DNA from: Eubacteriales bacterium | GTDB taxonomy: Bacteria > Bacillota > Clostridia > Oscillospirales > CAG-272 | NCBI GenBank assembly: GCA_034178705.1 | Contig: JAXFQY010000045.1 | Span: 10,636-74,635 of the forward strand | Length of the DNA stretch: 64,000 nucleotides | Direction: 5' to 3' | Shown here: piece after piece, positions 54,728 to 64,000 of the stretch | Numbering within the stretch: position 1 is the stretch's first letter | How the letters are laid out: each line of letters opens with the position of its first letter | The notes under the pieces: generated by a model | Seen by the model: only the letters and a program-made list of their open reading frames with translations | Databases searched by the model: none | What the model was told of the DNA's origin: nothing | Translations under genes and position numbers: made by a program

Positions 54728-55791
54728 AAGAAAAAATACTGATTGCGATGAGCGGCGGCGTTGATTCCTCCGTTGCCGCTTATCTTATGCAACGGCAGGG
54801 CTGCGACTGCATCGGTGTCACCATGCGGCTGTTTCTGAACAGCGATGCCGGAATGGAAAAAGGAAGGACCTGCTGCTCTCTTGACGATGTGGAGGACGCA
54901 CGCAGTGTTGCCTGCCGGCTCGGAATTCCGTACTATGTGTTCAACTTCACGGAGGACTTCCGAGAACAGGTCATAAAACGCTTTGCGGATGCATATGAGC
55001 ACGGCGCCACCCCCAATCCCTGTATTGACTGTAATCGCTTTCTGAAGTTTGCACGGCTGATCCGCCGCGCGCGGGAACTTGGCTACGATGCCGTCGCGAC
55101 CGGTCATTACGCGCGCATTGAGCAAAAGAACGGGCGTTTTCTGCTGAAAAAAGCAGTGGACCCCGGCAAGGATCAAAGCTACGTTCTGTACAGTCTTACG
55201 CAGGAGCAGCTTGCCTATCTGCGCTTTCCCCTCGGGGAGAAAACCAAAGCGGAAGTTCGCGAAACGGCGGAGGCCCTTGGATTTTCCAACGCACGGAAGC
55301 CGGACAGCCAGGACATCTGCTTTGTGCCTGACGGAGACTATGCGGCGTTCATCCGCCGCTATACCGGCAAAAACTATCCGGACGGACCTTTGACCGTCCG
55401 GGACGGAAACCGGCTCGGAACTCATCACGGAATTATCGGCTATACCGTCGGGCAGCGGCGGGGGCTGGGAGTGTCCTCTTCAACGCGGCTGTATGTAACC
55501 GATATTCTTCCGGAAGAGAACCGCGTGATTCTCGGTCCGGCAGACGCCCTGCTCCGGAGAGAGCTTGACGTGGGCAATGTCAACTTTATTGCATGGAACA
55601 CCCCTCCGCGGGAATTTCGCGCCTGTGTGAGGCTCCGCTACCATCAATCGGAGCAATGGGCTGACATTACCGTCACGGAGCCGACGCGGATACATATTCG
55701 TTTTGACGAACCGCAGCGGGCCGTTACCCGCGGACAGGCAGCAGTTCTCTATGACGGAGATATCGTGCTCGGGGGCGGCGAAATCCTTTAG
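54724..55791 (+). CDS. mnmA: tRNA 2-thiouridine(34) synthase
   Basis: PP-loop 'IAMSGGVDSSVAA', 'TPNPCIDCN', 'ATGHYAR' and 'KDQSYVL'. 4-nt overlap with nadA. Confidence 0.95.
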   Translation: MKEKILIAMSGGVDSSVAAYLMQRQGCDCIGVTMRLFLNSDAGMEKGRTCCSLDDVEDARSVACRLGIPYYVFNFTEDFREQVIKRFADAYEHGATPNPCIDCNRFLKFARLIRRARELGYDAVATGHYARIEQKNGRFLLKKAVDPGKDQSYVLYSLTQEQLAYLRFPLGEKTKAEVRETAEALGFSNARKPDSQDICFVPDGDYAAFIRRYTGKNYPDGPLTVRDGNRLGTHHGIIGYTVGQRRGLGVSSSTRLYVTDILPEENRVILGPADALLRRELDVGNVNFIAWNTPPREFRACVRLRYHQSEQWADITVTEPTRIHIRFDEPQRAVTRGQAAVLYDGDIVLGGGEIL

Positions 55792-55849
55792 GTTCTGCTT
55801 TTTGCGTCTTTTCAGCACAGCAGCATTTAAAAAACGCCGGGAGGAAACC

Positions 55850-56254
55850 ATGATCGTATCTACACGCGGGCGCTATGCTCTCCGGGTTCTTCTGGATCTC
55901 GCCGAGCACAGAAGCGCCGCCTATATTCCCATGAAGGATGTCACTGCCCGACAGGGCATTTCGCAGAAATACATTGAGCAGATTATGCCCGTGCTTGTGA
56001 AAGCGGGATTTGTCGAGGGAGTACACGGCAAGGGCGGCGGCTATCGCCTTGCACGGGCGCCGGAGGATTGTCCGGTCGGTGAGATTCTCCGCCTCACAGA
56101 AGGGGATCTGGCCCCTGTCGCCTGCCTTTCCTGCGGTGCTGCCCCCTGTGAGCGTTCAGCCGACTGCCGTACCATCGGTATGTGGACCCGCTTCAACGAA
56201 ATCACGAATGAATATTTCGATGCAATTTCTCTTGCCGATCTTCTCAGACAGTAA
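55850..56254 (+). CDS. Rrf2-family transcriptional regulator with Cys cluster (IscR/CymR-like)
   Basis: ORF 55703..56254; ATG 55850 gives the typical N-terminus 'MIVSTRGRYALRVLLDLA'. wHTH segment 'ISQKYIEQIMPVLVKAGFVEGVHGKGGGYRL'. Cys-rich 'CLSCGAAPCERSADC' is compatible with Fe-S ligation. Confidence 0.88.
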   Translation: MIVSTRGRYALRVLLDLAEHRSAAYIPMKDVTARQGISQKYIEQIMPVLVKAGFVEGVHGKGGGYRLARAPEDCPVGEILRLTEGDLAPVACLSCGAAPCERSADCRTIGMWTRFNEITNEYFDAISLADLLRQ

Positions 56255-56302
56255 AATCTCTTTTCGGAATTTGCGCAAGTCTGTAGTCTTTGTTCATCAT
56301 TG

Positions 56303-56331
56303 AAAACGGCGGTCGAAACGACCGCCGTTTT
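56303..56331. terminator. Bidirectional terminator between convergent rrf2 and rsgA
   Basis: Perfect AAAACGGCGGTCG (56303-56315) / CGACCGCCGTTTT (56319-56331) with an AAA loop. The A and T runs are built into the stem ends. Confidence 0.85.
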
Positions 56332-56399
56332 CCTATGTTCCTTCCGAACACGGATGATTTTGACTATTTTCTTGCCCGCCCCTCTTTGAAAAAAGGAGG

Positions 56400-57365
56400 T
56401 TATTTCCAACGATTCCGGCGCAGTTCATCCCGAAGCAGTACATAGCTTCCATGCCGTGACGGAGCGATTTTCCCCTCCTTCACAGCGGCGAGGATGGCAC
56501 ACCCCTCCTCCTTTGTATGCGTGCATTTTGTATAGCGGCAGCAGGTGAGATACGGTTCAAACTCCGGAAAGGCCCAGATCAGCTCGTCCTCTCCGAGAAA
56601 ATCGTAGTTCTCGAAATCGAGCAGTCCGAAACCGGGCGTATCGGCGAGAAAACATTCCGCTCCGTTCTCCAGTTCGAGGGGAAGAAGAGAAACCGCCCGA
56701 GTAGTATGTCTTCCCCGTCCGGTGCGCACGCTTACCGTGTTGGTCTGCAGCCTGAGCTGCGGAAACAGCATATTCAAGCAGCTGGATTTTCCCACACCGG
56801 AGGCACCGGCAAATGCCGCTGTCTTTCCGGGAAGAAGCGAGGAAAGAGCATCGCGCAGAGCGTCTTCACCGACTCCTTCCTTGGCAGAGACAAGAAAAAC
56901 CGGATACCCGACACCGGCATAAACAGCATACAGCAGCTCCGCTGTTTCCGGGGACAGATCGCATTTGTTAATGATGATCATCGGTGTGACCTTCTGCGCC
57001 TCGCACGCTGCCGTGAGCTTATCAAGAGCAAGCGTGGAGGGGGCGGGAGAAGCCGCGGCAGCCGTGATCAGAAGATAGTCAAGGTTTGCCATGGGAGGAC
57101 GGATCAGCTCATTTTTGCGGGGAAGCAGACTCTCCATGAGAATTCCGCGTTCGCGATCCGGGTTGCCGTTCTCATCCGTTTCCAAGCGGAGAATGGCAAG
57201 ATCTCCGACCAGAGGGCTTGTCCCCTGGTGGCGGAAAGCACCTCGCGCCGAAAGAGCAAATCGATCTCCCCTGCGAACGGCGCCGGAAGGATCATCCTCC
57301 TCCGCCCGGACACTGTAAAGACCGCCGGAGCTGCCGAGAAGGCGCACCCTGCAGTGTAGCGTCAT
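56400..57365 (-). CDS. rsgA: Ribosome small-subunit-dependent GTPase A
   Basis: 'IINKCDL', 'GASGVGKSS' and the zinc motif 'CRYTKCTHTKEEGC'. The ORF extends to 57608, but ATG 57365 overlaps the pknB stop (ATGA) and gives the normal length. Confidence 0.92.
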   Translation of the reverse strand: MTLHCRVRLLGSSGGLYSVRAEEDDPSGAVRRGDRFALSARGAFRHQGTSPLVGDLAILRLETDENGNPDRERGILMESLLPRKNELIRPPMANLDYLLITAAAASPAPSTLALDKLTAACEAQKVTPMIIINKCDLSPETAELLYAVYAGVGYPVFLVSAKEGVGEDALRDALSSLLPGKTAAFAGASGVGKSSCLNMLFPQLRLQTNTVSVRTGRGRHTTRAVSLLPLELENGAECFLADTPGFGLLDFENYDFLGEDELIWAFPEFEPYLTCCRYTKCTHTKEEGCAILAAVKEGKIAPSRHGSYVLLRDELRRNRWK

Positions 57366-59050
57366 TGCGTTGTCCGTCCTGTTTCTGCCGGAATCGTATC
57401 CTGTGCCGACGGACCGATATAATCGGGACCGCCACTGATCAGAAAATCCACCTTCGTCAGCGGGACAGGAACCCGTTCCCCGGTTTCGACACTCTGATAA
57501 AGGACGGTTCCTGCAGGCTTCGGGGAATTGACATAGGTCACAACCCCAATACCGATATTCGCGGTAAGAAGGCGTGCATAGGCATCCTCCTGCGTTTTCC
57601 CGGTACACTCCGGCATATAACTGTACTTCACATCCTCTCCGGTACTGACATAAAGAGTAATAATCTCCCCGATATCCACGGTTACACCGGCAATCGGATA
57701 GGTGCTGATCACACGTCCGTCCGGAATTGTGTCATGGTTTTGCTCCTTGATTTCAACCCCGAAGCCCGCTTTGCGAAGCTCAATTTCCGCTTCACGTGCG
57801 TCAAACATCATATAATTCTTCAAAACCGTCTGCTCGGGGCCGCGGCTGACTGTCAGCACCAAATGAACCGTCTGAGAACCGGCAATCCGCCGCTCCTCAC
57901 CCGCCGACGGGGACTGGGATATAATAAACCCTTTTTCAATGCTGTTCTCATAGGTTTCAACAATGCTGACAGTATAATCTGTTCCGAGAGACTGCACAAA
58001 TTCCTCCGTGCAGATCTTACCGACACACTGCGCAACGTTGATCACGCGCGCGTCCCCCCTTCCGGAGAAAAAGAGCGTTTTGATAACCACGATTCCGGCA
58101 ACAATCAGCGCAAGAAGGAAGGCGGAAAGAACGCCGAGAATAATCGGGGTCATCGTGGAGGCAGCATGCCGTCCCCTTTTTGCGGAATCCTCCTTCAGGT
58201 TGATCGCGCGGTTCGGATGCTTCTCCACCTTTTGCAGATAGCGGAGCATCTGCGCAGCAGAATCAAAGCGATCCGCCGGATTTTTCTCCATTGCGGTAAG
58301 AATCAGGGATTCCAGTCCCGCTGGAATATCATGTTTCAGCTCGCGCGGACGTTTCGGTGTATTGTTGATCTGCATCAGAGCAATGGAAACGGTGTTTTCA
58401 TTGTCAAAGGGCAGCGTTCCCGTTGCCAGCTCATAAAGCACCGCGCCGAGGGAATAGATGTCCGACCGGGCGTCGACCTTTCTGCCGCTTGCCTGCTCCG
58501 GACTGATATAATACACGGTTCCGATCGCACGGTCGCTTTCGGTCGCTGTCTGAGCGCTTGGAAGCTTGGCAATCCCGAAATCGGCAACCTTCACCCTGCC
58601 GTCTTTCAGAATCATAATGTTCTGGGGCTTGATATCCCGGTGAATAACGCCGCGGCTGTGCGCATGATCCAAAGCAGCAAGGATCTGCTCGGTAATGCTG
58701 CAGATTTCCGTAAAGGAAAGAGCACCGTGCTCGGCAACATAATTCTTCAGGGTAATCCCCTCAATAAACTCCATCACGATGTATTTCAAATTGTCGCTGA
58801 CCGATACATCGTAAATGTTGACAATGTTCTCATGGGAGAGCATGGCAACCGCCTTTGATTCGTTGATGAACCGGCGTACAGCCGCCTCATCGTCCGCAAA
58901 TTCCTCGCGAAGCATTTTGACCGCGACCGTGCGATCCATCAAAGTGTCCAGCGCTCGGAAAACCACTGCCATGCCGCCGTTGCCGATTACTTCCTCTATT
59001 TTGTAGCGCCGGTCGAAAAGCCGACCGACATAATCCTCATATTTTGCCAT
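57362..59050 (-). CDS. prkC: Ser/Thr protein kinase with PASTA repeats (PknB/PrkC)
   Basis: 'GNGGMAVVFRALD', 'HRDIKPQNIM', 'DFGIA', a TM helix (IILGVLSAFLLALIVAGIVVI), then repeated PASTA-like units. Confidence 0.93.
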   Translation of the reverse strand: MAKYEDYVGRLFDRRYKIEEVIGNGGMAVVFRALDTLMDRTVAVKMLREEFADDEAAVRRFINESKAVAMLSHENIVNIYDVSVSDNLKYIVMEFIEGITLKNYVAEHGALSFTEICSITEQILAALDHAHSRGVIHRDIKPQNIMILKDGRVKVADFGIAKLPSAQTATESDRAIGTVYYISPEQASGRKVDARSDIYSLGAVLYELATGTLPFDNENTVSIALMQINNTPKRPRELKHDIPAGLESLILTAMEKNPADRFDSAAQMLRYLQKVEKHPNRAINLKEDSAKRGRHAASTMTPIILGVLSAFLLALIVAGIVVIKTLFFSGRGDARVINVAQCVGKICTEEFVQSLGTDYTVSIVETYENSIEKGFIISQSPSAGEERRIAGSQTVHLVLTVSRGPEQTVLKNYMMFDAREAEIELRKAGFGVEIKEQNHDTIPDGRVISTYPIAGVTVDIGEIITLYVSTGEDVKYSYMPECTGKTQEDAYARLLTANIGIGVVTYVNSPKPAGTVLYQSVETGERVPVPLTKVDFLISGGPDYIGPSAQDTIPAETGRTTQ

Positions 59051-59856
59051 TATTCCTCCGATCCGGTCGCGCGCTCCGCGTCTGTTTCCGCCGCGGCTGC
59101 GGTGATGTTGTCGGTTCCGCCCGCTTCGTTTGCAAGCGTCACAAGGGTAAGCAGTCCGTCCTCCAGCGTCATGGTGAAGTCGGAAAGAATTTTTGCGATA
59201 GCACTGTCGTCAAGGTGAGCGGTAAGACCGTCAGAGCAGATCAGCACACGACTGTGCTGGGCAACTGCGGTAAAGGTGTCCGGCTCAACCTCTTCCTCCA
59301 CGCCGATCGCGCGGGTAATGATATTGCGCCTCTCATTGTACTTTGCCTCATCCTCGGAGATTTCCCCCATGTCTACAAGATATTGTACATAGGAGTGATC
59401 GCGGGAAAGACGCCGGAGTGTTCCGTCCGCTGTGCAAAGATAGACGCGACTGTCCCCGACATTCACGCCGTAAAGCAGATCGTGGGTTACCAATGCTGCG
59501 GCAAGGGTTGTTCCCATACCATGCAGTTCCGGACGGGCCGCGGCGGTTGCATGAACCGAACGGTTTGCCTCCCGTGCCGCAGCGGCAAGCGCCTGTCCGA
59601 CTTTTTCCGCAGGAACGGTAAAACACCCTTCCTCACTGTCAAAATGCTGCTCGGCAAAGGAAGCAGCCGCCGCAGAGAAAGCGCGCACGGCAAGGCTGCT
59701 TGCCTCTGCCCCTCCGACTGCTCCACCCATCCCGTCACAAACGCAAAGCAGGACAAGACCGGGGCAGAGCTCACGCGCAAGGAAGCTGTCCTGATTTGCG
59801 GTGCGCTGTCGTCCGATGTCTGTCGTTCCGAAAATGACCATATCGGTTCCTTTCAT
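59050..59856 (-). CDS. stp: PP2C-family Ser/Thr phosphatase (Stp/PrpC)
   Basis: 'TDIGRQRTANQDS', 'CDGMGG' and 'GGTDNITA'. 1-nt overlap with the kinase start. Confidence 0.92.
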   Translation of the reverse strand: MKGTDMVIFGTTDIGRQRTANQDSFLARELCPGLVLLCVCDGMGGAVGGAEASSLAVRAFSAAAASFAEQHFDSEEGCFTVPAEKVGQALAAAAREANRSVHATAAARPELHGMGTTLAAALVTHDLLYGVNVGDSRVYLCTADGTLRRLSRDHSYVQYLVDMGEISEDEAKYNERRNIITRAIGVEEEVEPDTFTAVAQHSRVLICSDGLTAHLDDSAIAKILSDFTMTLEDGLLTLVTLANEAGGTDNITAAAAETDAERATGSEE

Positions 59857-59893
59857 AAAGTGTTATAGAATACTGTATGAAACCGGCTGAGTT

Positions 59894-60940
59894 TTATGCG
59901 TCCTCTGACGGTTCCGTTCCCTGAGGAACTTCCCGGTTGCGTCGGAGCTGCCCGCATGCGGCATCGATGTCCCGCCCCAGCCGGCGACGCACCGTCGCGT
60001 TGATTCCGAGGCGCTCAAGCTCCTGACGGAATGCAAAGGCACGGCGGTCATCCGGCGGTCGGAAACCGCGCTCTGTAACCGGATTCAGTCGGATCAGATT
60101 AACGTGAAGCGGCGTTCCGGCCGGAAAATAGCGGCGCAAAAGGGTACAAAGACGCGCGGCATCCTCCGGACGGTCATTCTTCTCCTCAATCATTGTATAT
60201 TCAAAGCTGATACGGCGCATGGTCGCGTCATAATAGTCGCGGCACGCCGACAGCAGGGTATCCAGCGGAAATTTTCGGTTAATCGGCATGATTGCACTGC
60301 GCGCACGGTCGCTTGAGGCATGCAGAGAAATCGAAAGAGTAATCGGAAGATTTGCTTGTTTCAACTCCGGTATTTTATCGGCCACTCCGCAGGTAGAAAG
60401 GGAAATATGCCGGTAACCGATGTTCAGACCGGCAGGATCATTTACCAATCGGAGAAAACGAAGAACATTCGGCAGGTTGTCGAGCGGCTCCCCGATTCCC
60501 ATCATAACAACACCGCCGATCCGTTCCCCGCAGTCCCGTCCGGCGGCAGCAACCTGACCGCAGATTTCAGACGCTGTCAGATCACGGACCTTTCCGCCGA
60601 TTGTGGAAGCACAGAAGGCACAGCCCATACGGCAACCGACCTGTGAGGAAACGCAAACGGTGTTGCCATGCTCATAACGCATCAGGACGCTTTCAATATG
60701 CTCCCCGTCCGGGAGACGAAAAAGATATTTTACGGTTCCGTCCTCGTGCGAAACCTGCTTTGTCTCAATTGCCGGCATCCGGTACTCCGCACAGTCTGCC
60801 AGACGTGCGCGAAGGGATGCGGAAAAATTCGTGATTTCGGAAAGCTGTTTTCCCGCAGAGAAAGCGGAAAAAAGCTGGCGTGCCCGGTATTTTGGCTCTC
60901 CGATGGATAGGAAAAACTCCTCAAGCTCCGGAATCGTCAT
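59894..60940 (-). CDS. rlmN: 23S rRNA/tRNA (adenine-C2)-methyltransferase, radical SAM
   Basis: 'YRARQLF', 'SSQVGCRMGCAFCAS' and 'MGIGEPLDN'. Confidence 0.94.
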   Translation of the reverse strand: MTIPELEEFFLSIGEPKYRARQLFSAFSAGKQLSEITNFSASLRARLADCAEYRMPAIETKQVSHEDGTVKYLFRLPDGEHIESVLMRYEHGNTVCVSSQVGCRMGCAFCASTIGGKVRDLTASEICGQVAAAGRDCGERIGGVVMMGIGEPLDNLPNVLRFLRLVNDPAGLNIGYRHISLSTCGVADKIPELKQANLPITLSISLHASSDRARSAIMPINRKFPLDTLLSACRDYYDATMRRISFEYTMIEEKNDRPEDAARLCTLLRRYFPAGTPLHVNLIRLNPVTERGFRPPDDRRAFAFRQELERLGINATVRRRLGRDIDAACGQLRRNREVPQGTEPSEDA

Positions 60941-60986
60941 CGAGCCGAGATCCGGACGACGTGTGCTGTCTGCTTCAAAAATGGGA

Positions 60987-62309
60987 TTATTCCCCCTTTC
61001 TTCGGAACCGGGAAAGGAAGAAACCGTCCGTTCCGGTGATATGCGGCAAAAGTGTCAGCATGCCGTTCTCAGAGCGCAGCTCCCGTCCGTCCTCCGCACG
61101 GAAAACAAAATCCTCCGGCTGAAAATCGGGATGCTCGCGCAGAAAGCGCTCCGCTACCTCCTCGTTCTCCGCACGTCGCAAAGTACAGGTAGAGAAAACC
61201 ATTCTTCCCCCTGCACGGAGGTAAGCGGCGGAAGCATCAAGAATCGCGTAGGAAAGCTCCGGCAGTTCCTTTACCTCTTTCTCCCCTTTTCTGCGGACAT
61301 CCGGCTTTTTTGCCGCAACACCCAGACCGGAGCAGGGTGTGTCGCAGAGGAGAAAGTCCACCTTTCCCCGAAGCTTCGCACGGGGCTGAAGAGCGTTTTG
61401 AACAGCCGCCTCGATGATAGTGCAGCCGAAGCGACGCGCCCCCTCCTCGATAAGCGGAAGCTTGGAACGGTGAAGATCAAATGCCCACAGCTTTCCTTCA
61501 TTTGCCATGCCCATGGCGACCGCCAAGCTTTTGGAGCCGGGAGCGGCACAGACATCGCATGCAGTACTGCCGGGGACAGCTCCGAGAAGCTCGGCAGCCA
61601 GCTGAGAGGCCTCGTCCTGAATCAGGTAATCCCCGCTGTCAAAGCCGGGAAGAAAGGACGGAACCAGATCTCCGCGCAGCAAAATACCGTTCGGAGAAAA
61701 GGGCGTCTTTTCCGGAGAATATTCTGCAAGGCGCGCAAGCAGGGCTTCCCGGGTGGTTCGGAGGGTGTTGACGCGCAGCGTCAGGGGGGCGCGACAGCAA
61801 AGCGCGGCAAGCAGCTTTTCTGCCTTCTCCTCACCGTAATCCTCCACAAAGGACCGGCAGATCCATTCCGGGAAGGAGTATCGGACAGAAAGATACGGGA
61901 TCACCCCGTCCTTTTTTTCCGGGAGAGCAACCTCTGGCGCGCGCAGATACGCGCGGAGCACAGCATTGACAAAGCCGCGTTCGCCCGTCTGACGGGCAAG
62001 GGACACCGTCTCATTGACGGCGGCATGACTCGGCGTGTTCAGATAAAGAATCTGATAAAACCCCAGGCGAAGGATATATTTCGTAAACCGCTCCAGCTCG
62101 CCGAGCGGGCGGGAGGAAAACCGTTCAATATAATAGTCCAGTGTAATCGCCCGTTCGGTTACACCGTAAACGAGCAGGGTGAACAGCGCCCGGTCACGTG
62201 GATCGGTAAACTGCGCCAGTCCGGAAGGAAGCGCGAGATTGATATATTTCCCGTCCCGCTCCGCATCGCAGAGAAAACGGAGTGCAGCGTCTCTGACCTT
62301 GTCCTTCAT
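60987..62309 (-). CDS. rsmB: 16S rRNA (cytosine967-C5)-methyltransferase
   Basis: NusB-like N-domain. 'DVCAAPGSKS', 'LLCDTPCSGLGV' and 'MVFSTCTL'. Confidence 0.93.
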   Translation of the reverse strand: MKDKVRDAALRFLCDAERDGKYINLALPSGLAQFTDPRDRALFTLLVYGVTERAITLDYYIERFSSRPLGELERFTKYILRLGFYQILYLNTPSHAAVNETVSLARQTGERGFVNAVLRAYLRAPEVALPEKKDGVIPYLSVRYSFPEWICRSFVEDYGEEKAEKLLAALCCRAPLTLRVNTLRTTREALLARLAEYSPEKTPFSPNGILLRGDLVPSFLPGFDSGDYLIQDEASQLAAELLGAVPGSTACDVCAAPGSKSLAVAMGMANEGKLWAFDLHRSKLPLIEEGARRFGCTIIEAAVQNALQPRAKLRGKVDFLLCDTPCSGLGVAAKKPDVRRKGEKEVKELPELSYAILDASAAYLRAGGRMVFSTCTLRRAENEEVAERFLREHPDFQPEDFVFRAEDGRELRSENGMLTLLPHITGTDGFFLSRFRRKGE

Positions 62310-62318
62310 ACAGTATCC

Positions 62319-63020
62319 TCAGTTCTTGCGATTCCTGCCCCCTGCAATAATAATCAGACGCAGAAGCTGCACAAGCGAAACCGCAAGAGCGGCAACATAA
62401 GTGAGAGCAGCGGCAGTCAGTACCTTTTTTGAAGCTTTCAGCTCATTGTCGGAAAAGCGGTCGCTGTCCCCGAGCGCGGCAAGCGCCCGACGGCTTGCAT
62501 CAAACTCCACCGGAAGTGTGACCGCCTGAAACAGCATGGCAAGCGCAAAGAAAATGATACCGGCGTAGCAAAGCGATGGGAAAGAAAAAAGCAGGCCGAG
62601 CAAAAACAAAGGCATTGCCAGCTGTGAACCGATTCGGGAAACGGGAATAATGGCGGCGCGCAGCTTCATCGGGGTGTATTGCTCCGCATATTGAACGGCA
62701 TGCCCCGCTTCATGTGCAGCAACGCCGACGGCAGCGGCACTGTCAGAGCCGTATACGGATTCAGAAAGGCGCAGAACATTGGAGGAGGGATCGAAATGAT
62801 CGGTCAGCTGTCCCGCAATCCGCTCGATACGGACCCCGTAAAGACCGTGACTGTCAAGAATCATCCGCGCGGCCTCCTCCGCCGTCATGGAATTCTGCAA
62901 ACGAATCTTCGCGTATTTTTTATAGGTGGTCTGCACATTGATCTGCGCCCAGAAGGCGAGCAGCACAACCGGCAGCACAAGCACAAGATAGGTCCAGTCA
63001 AAAGCGTAATAGCCCGGCAT
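62319..63020 (-). CDS. Membrane zinc metallopeptidase (Zn_peptidase_2-like)
   Basis: ORF 62319..63272; ATG 63020 is preferred (GGAAAGGA 6 nt upstream, 2 nt after the fmt stop). 'VAAHEAGHAVQ' is an HExxH motif. Flanking TM helices are present. Confidence 0.85.
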   Translation of the reverse strand: MPGYYAFDWTYLVLVLPVVLLAFWAQINVQTTYKKYAKIRLQNSMTAEEAARMILDSHGLYGVRIERIAGQLTDHFDPSSNVLRLSESVYGSDSAAAVGVAAHEAGHAVQYAEQYTPMKLRAAIIPVSRIGSQLAMPLFLLGLLFSFPSLCYAGIIFFALAMLFQAVTLPVEFDASRRALAALGDSDRFSDNELKASKKVLTAAALTYVAALAVSLVQLLRLIIIAGGRNRKN

Positions 63021-63022
63021 AA

Positions 63023-63967
63023 TCAATCCTTTCCGCCGCGGAGCAAATCTCCGTCGGCAAGCTTCCTTCCCCGCAGGTAATCGGATGCATTCATTTTCTG
63101 TTTTCCTTCCGGCACAAGCTCGGAAATGCCAAGTAGGGATCCGCCGCCGCAGGCAACGGAAAGCTGTCCGTCCGAGCAACATACCGTACCGCAAGGTGCG
63201 TTTATGCTCCCCCCAGGCAGATAAGAGGCGGCAATTTTGATGAGCGATCCGCCCGGCAGATAGGCCCGGCACATCGGAGACGGGGAAAGCGCGCGGATCC
63301 GGTTGTGAAGTGTATCCGCGGGAAGCGAGAAATCAAGCATCTCCTCTTCCTTTCCGATCTTCGGAGCAAGGGTCGCACGGGAAGAATCCTGCGGAATGCG
63401 GACCAGCTTCCCTTCTGCTGCCAGACGCACGGTTTCGGTCAGAAGCGCCGCACCGATCCCGGAAAGCTTTTCGGTCAGCTCCCCGCAGGTCTCATTCTTC
63501 CCGATCGGGCATCGGCGGGTAAGCAGCATATCACCGGTATCCATCCCCTCATCCATATACATGGTCGTAATGCCGGTTTCCTTCTTCCCGTCCATCACAG
63601 CACGCTGAATCGGTGCTGCTCCCCGATATTCCGGAAGAAGACTGCCGTGAACGTTGATACAGCCGAAAGGCGGATAATCCAGAACGTTCTTCGGCAAAAT
63701 CCTTCCGTAAGCAACAACCGCGATCAGGTCAGGGTCAAGCTGCCGGAGAAGCAGGGCAAAATCGTCTCCCCGTAGCGTATGCGGTTGAAAAACGGGAATT
63801 CCCATTGCCAGCGCCGCTGTCTTGACGGGAGGCGGGGTAAGTATCATTTTTCTCCCCTTCGGCGCATCCTCCCGCGTAATACAGCCGATAATTTCGTGTC
63901 CGTCGGCGGCAAGGGCACGCAACGGCGGCACAGCGAAATCCGGAGTGCCCATATACAGTATTCTCAT
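63023..63967 (-). CDS. fmt: Methionyl-tRNA formyltransferase
   Basis: 'MRILYMGTPDFAVPPL', 'NVHGSLLPEYRGAAPIQ' and 'TGITTMYMDEGMDTGD'. Confidence 0.95.
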   Translation of the reverse strand: MRILYMGTPDFAVPPLRALAADGHEIIGCITREDAPKGRKMILTPPPVKTAALAMGIPVFQPHTLRGDDFALLLRQLDPDLIAVVAYGRILPKNVLDYPPFGCINVHGSLLPEYRGAAPIQRAVMDGKKETGITTMYMDEGMDTGDMLLTRRCPIGKNETCGELTEKLSGIGAALLTETVRLAAEGKLVRIPQDSSRATLAPKIGKEEEMLDFSLPADTLHNRIRALSPSPMCRAYLPGGSLIKIAASYLPGGSINAPCGTVCCSDGQLSVACGGGSLLGISELVPEGKQKMNASDYLRGRKLADGDLLRGGKD

Positions 63968-64000
63968 GGCTTTCCTTTCGGTCAGTCTATCAGTCCGGCT

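Noticed and set aside
56400-63967. The fmt-Zn peptidase-rsmB-rlmN-stp-pknB-rsgA run as a possible signalling system of interest.
   Set aside because: It is a well-known conserved Firmicute operon (the PrkC/PrpC locus). I saw nothing atypical beyond the normal 1-4 nt translational overlaps.
1-64000. CRISPR arrays, transposases/IS elements, integrases, prophage genes, tRNA/rRNA genes, and toxin-antitoxin or known defence-system genes.
   Set aside because: Scanning the intergenic regions and all ORF translations showed no spaced repeats and no DDE, tyrosine or serine recombinase motifs. I saw no cloverleaf-like sequences in the few intergenic gaps and no defence-associated domains.

Overview
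The window is a contiguous chromosomal segment from a moderately high-GC Firmicute. Gene order and protein signatures look clostridial (Oscillospiraceae/Ruminococcaceae-like), but that placement is inference only. All calls were made by eye from the ORF translations and the DNA; no searches were run. I support 53 protein-coding genes, one of them a frameshifted pseudogene. I found no rRNA, tRNA, CRISPR array, transposase, integrase or phage genes. Most of 17.4-64 kb is conserved housekeeping: pyrH-frr-uppS-cdsA-dxr-rseP-ispG; a ~19 kb minus-strand run containing alr, aspS, truB, pgeF, polA, trpS and a WecA/TagO-like gene; proS-ftsW/rodA; nifS-nifU-nadA-mnmA-rrf2; and fmt-Zn peptidase-rsmB-rlmN-stp-pknB-rsgA. 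Two regions look accessory and carry the most interesting content. (1) 0.1-17.1 kb holds a tightly packed synthase-dependent exopolysaccharide-type locus: lipoprotein deacetylase, secreted CotH-family kinase, membrane-anchored TIM-barrel glycosidase-like protein, TM-HEAT protein, processive GT2 synthase and a DivIVA-like coiled-coil protein. It is followed directly by four c-di-GMP turnover genes: an SBP-TM-degenerate GGDEF-EAL protein, a doubly frameshifted GGDEF gene, an intact membrane GGDEF and an HD-GYP. An anchored BNR/Asp-box hydrolase also sits in this group. The accessory set matches none of the characterised Pga/Ica/Bcs/Pel/Pss systems I can recall, so this is my best candidate for an undescribed system. 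(2) 44.8-51.8 kb holds a SEDS (FtsW/RodA) gene, then an overlapping PqqD-like (RRE) gene and a Ser/His S24/S26-type peptidase with no visible RiPP maturase or precursor, then a 1683-aa thioester-less alpha-2-macroglobulin-like lipoprotein. Many long ORFs in the supplied track are antisense shadows of real genes and were rejected.
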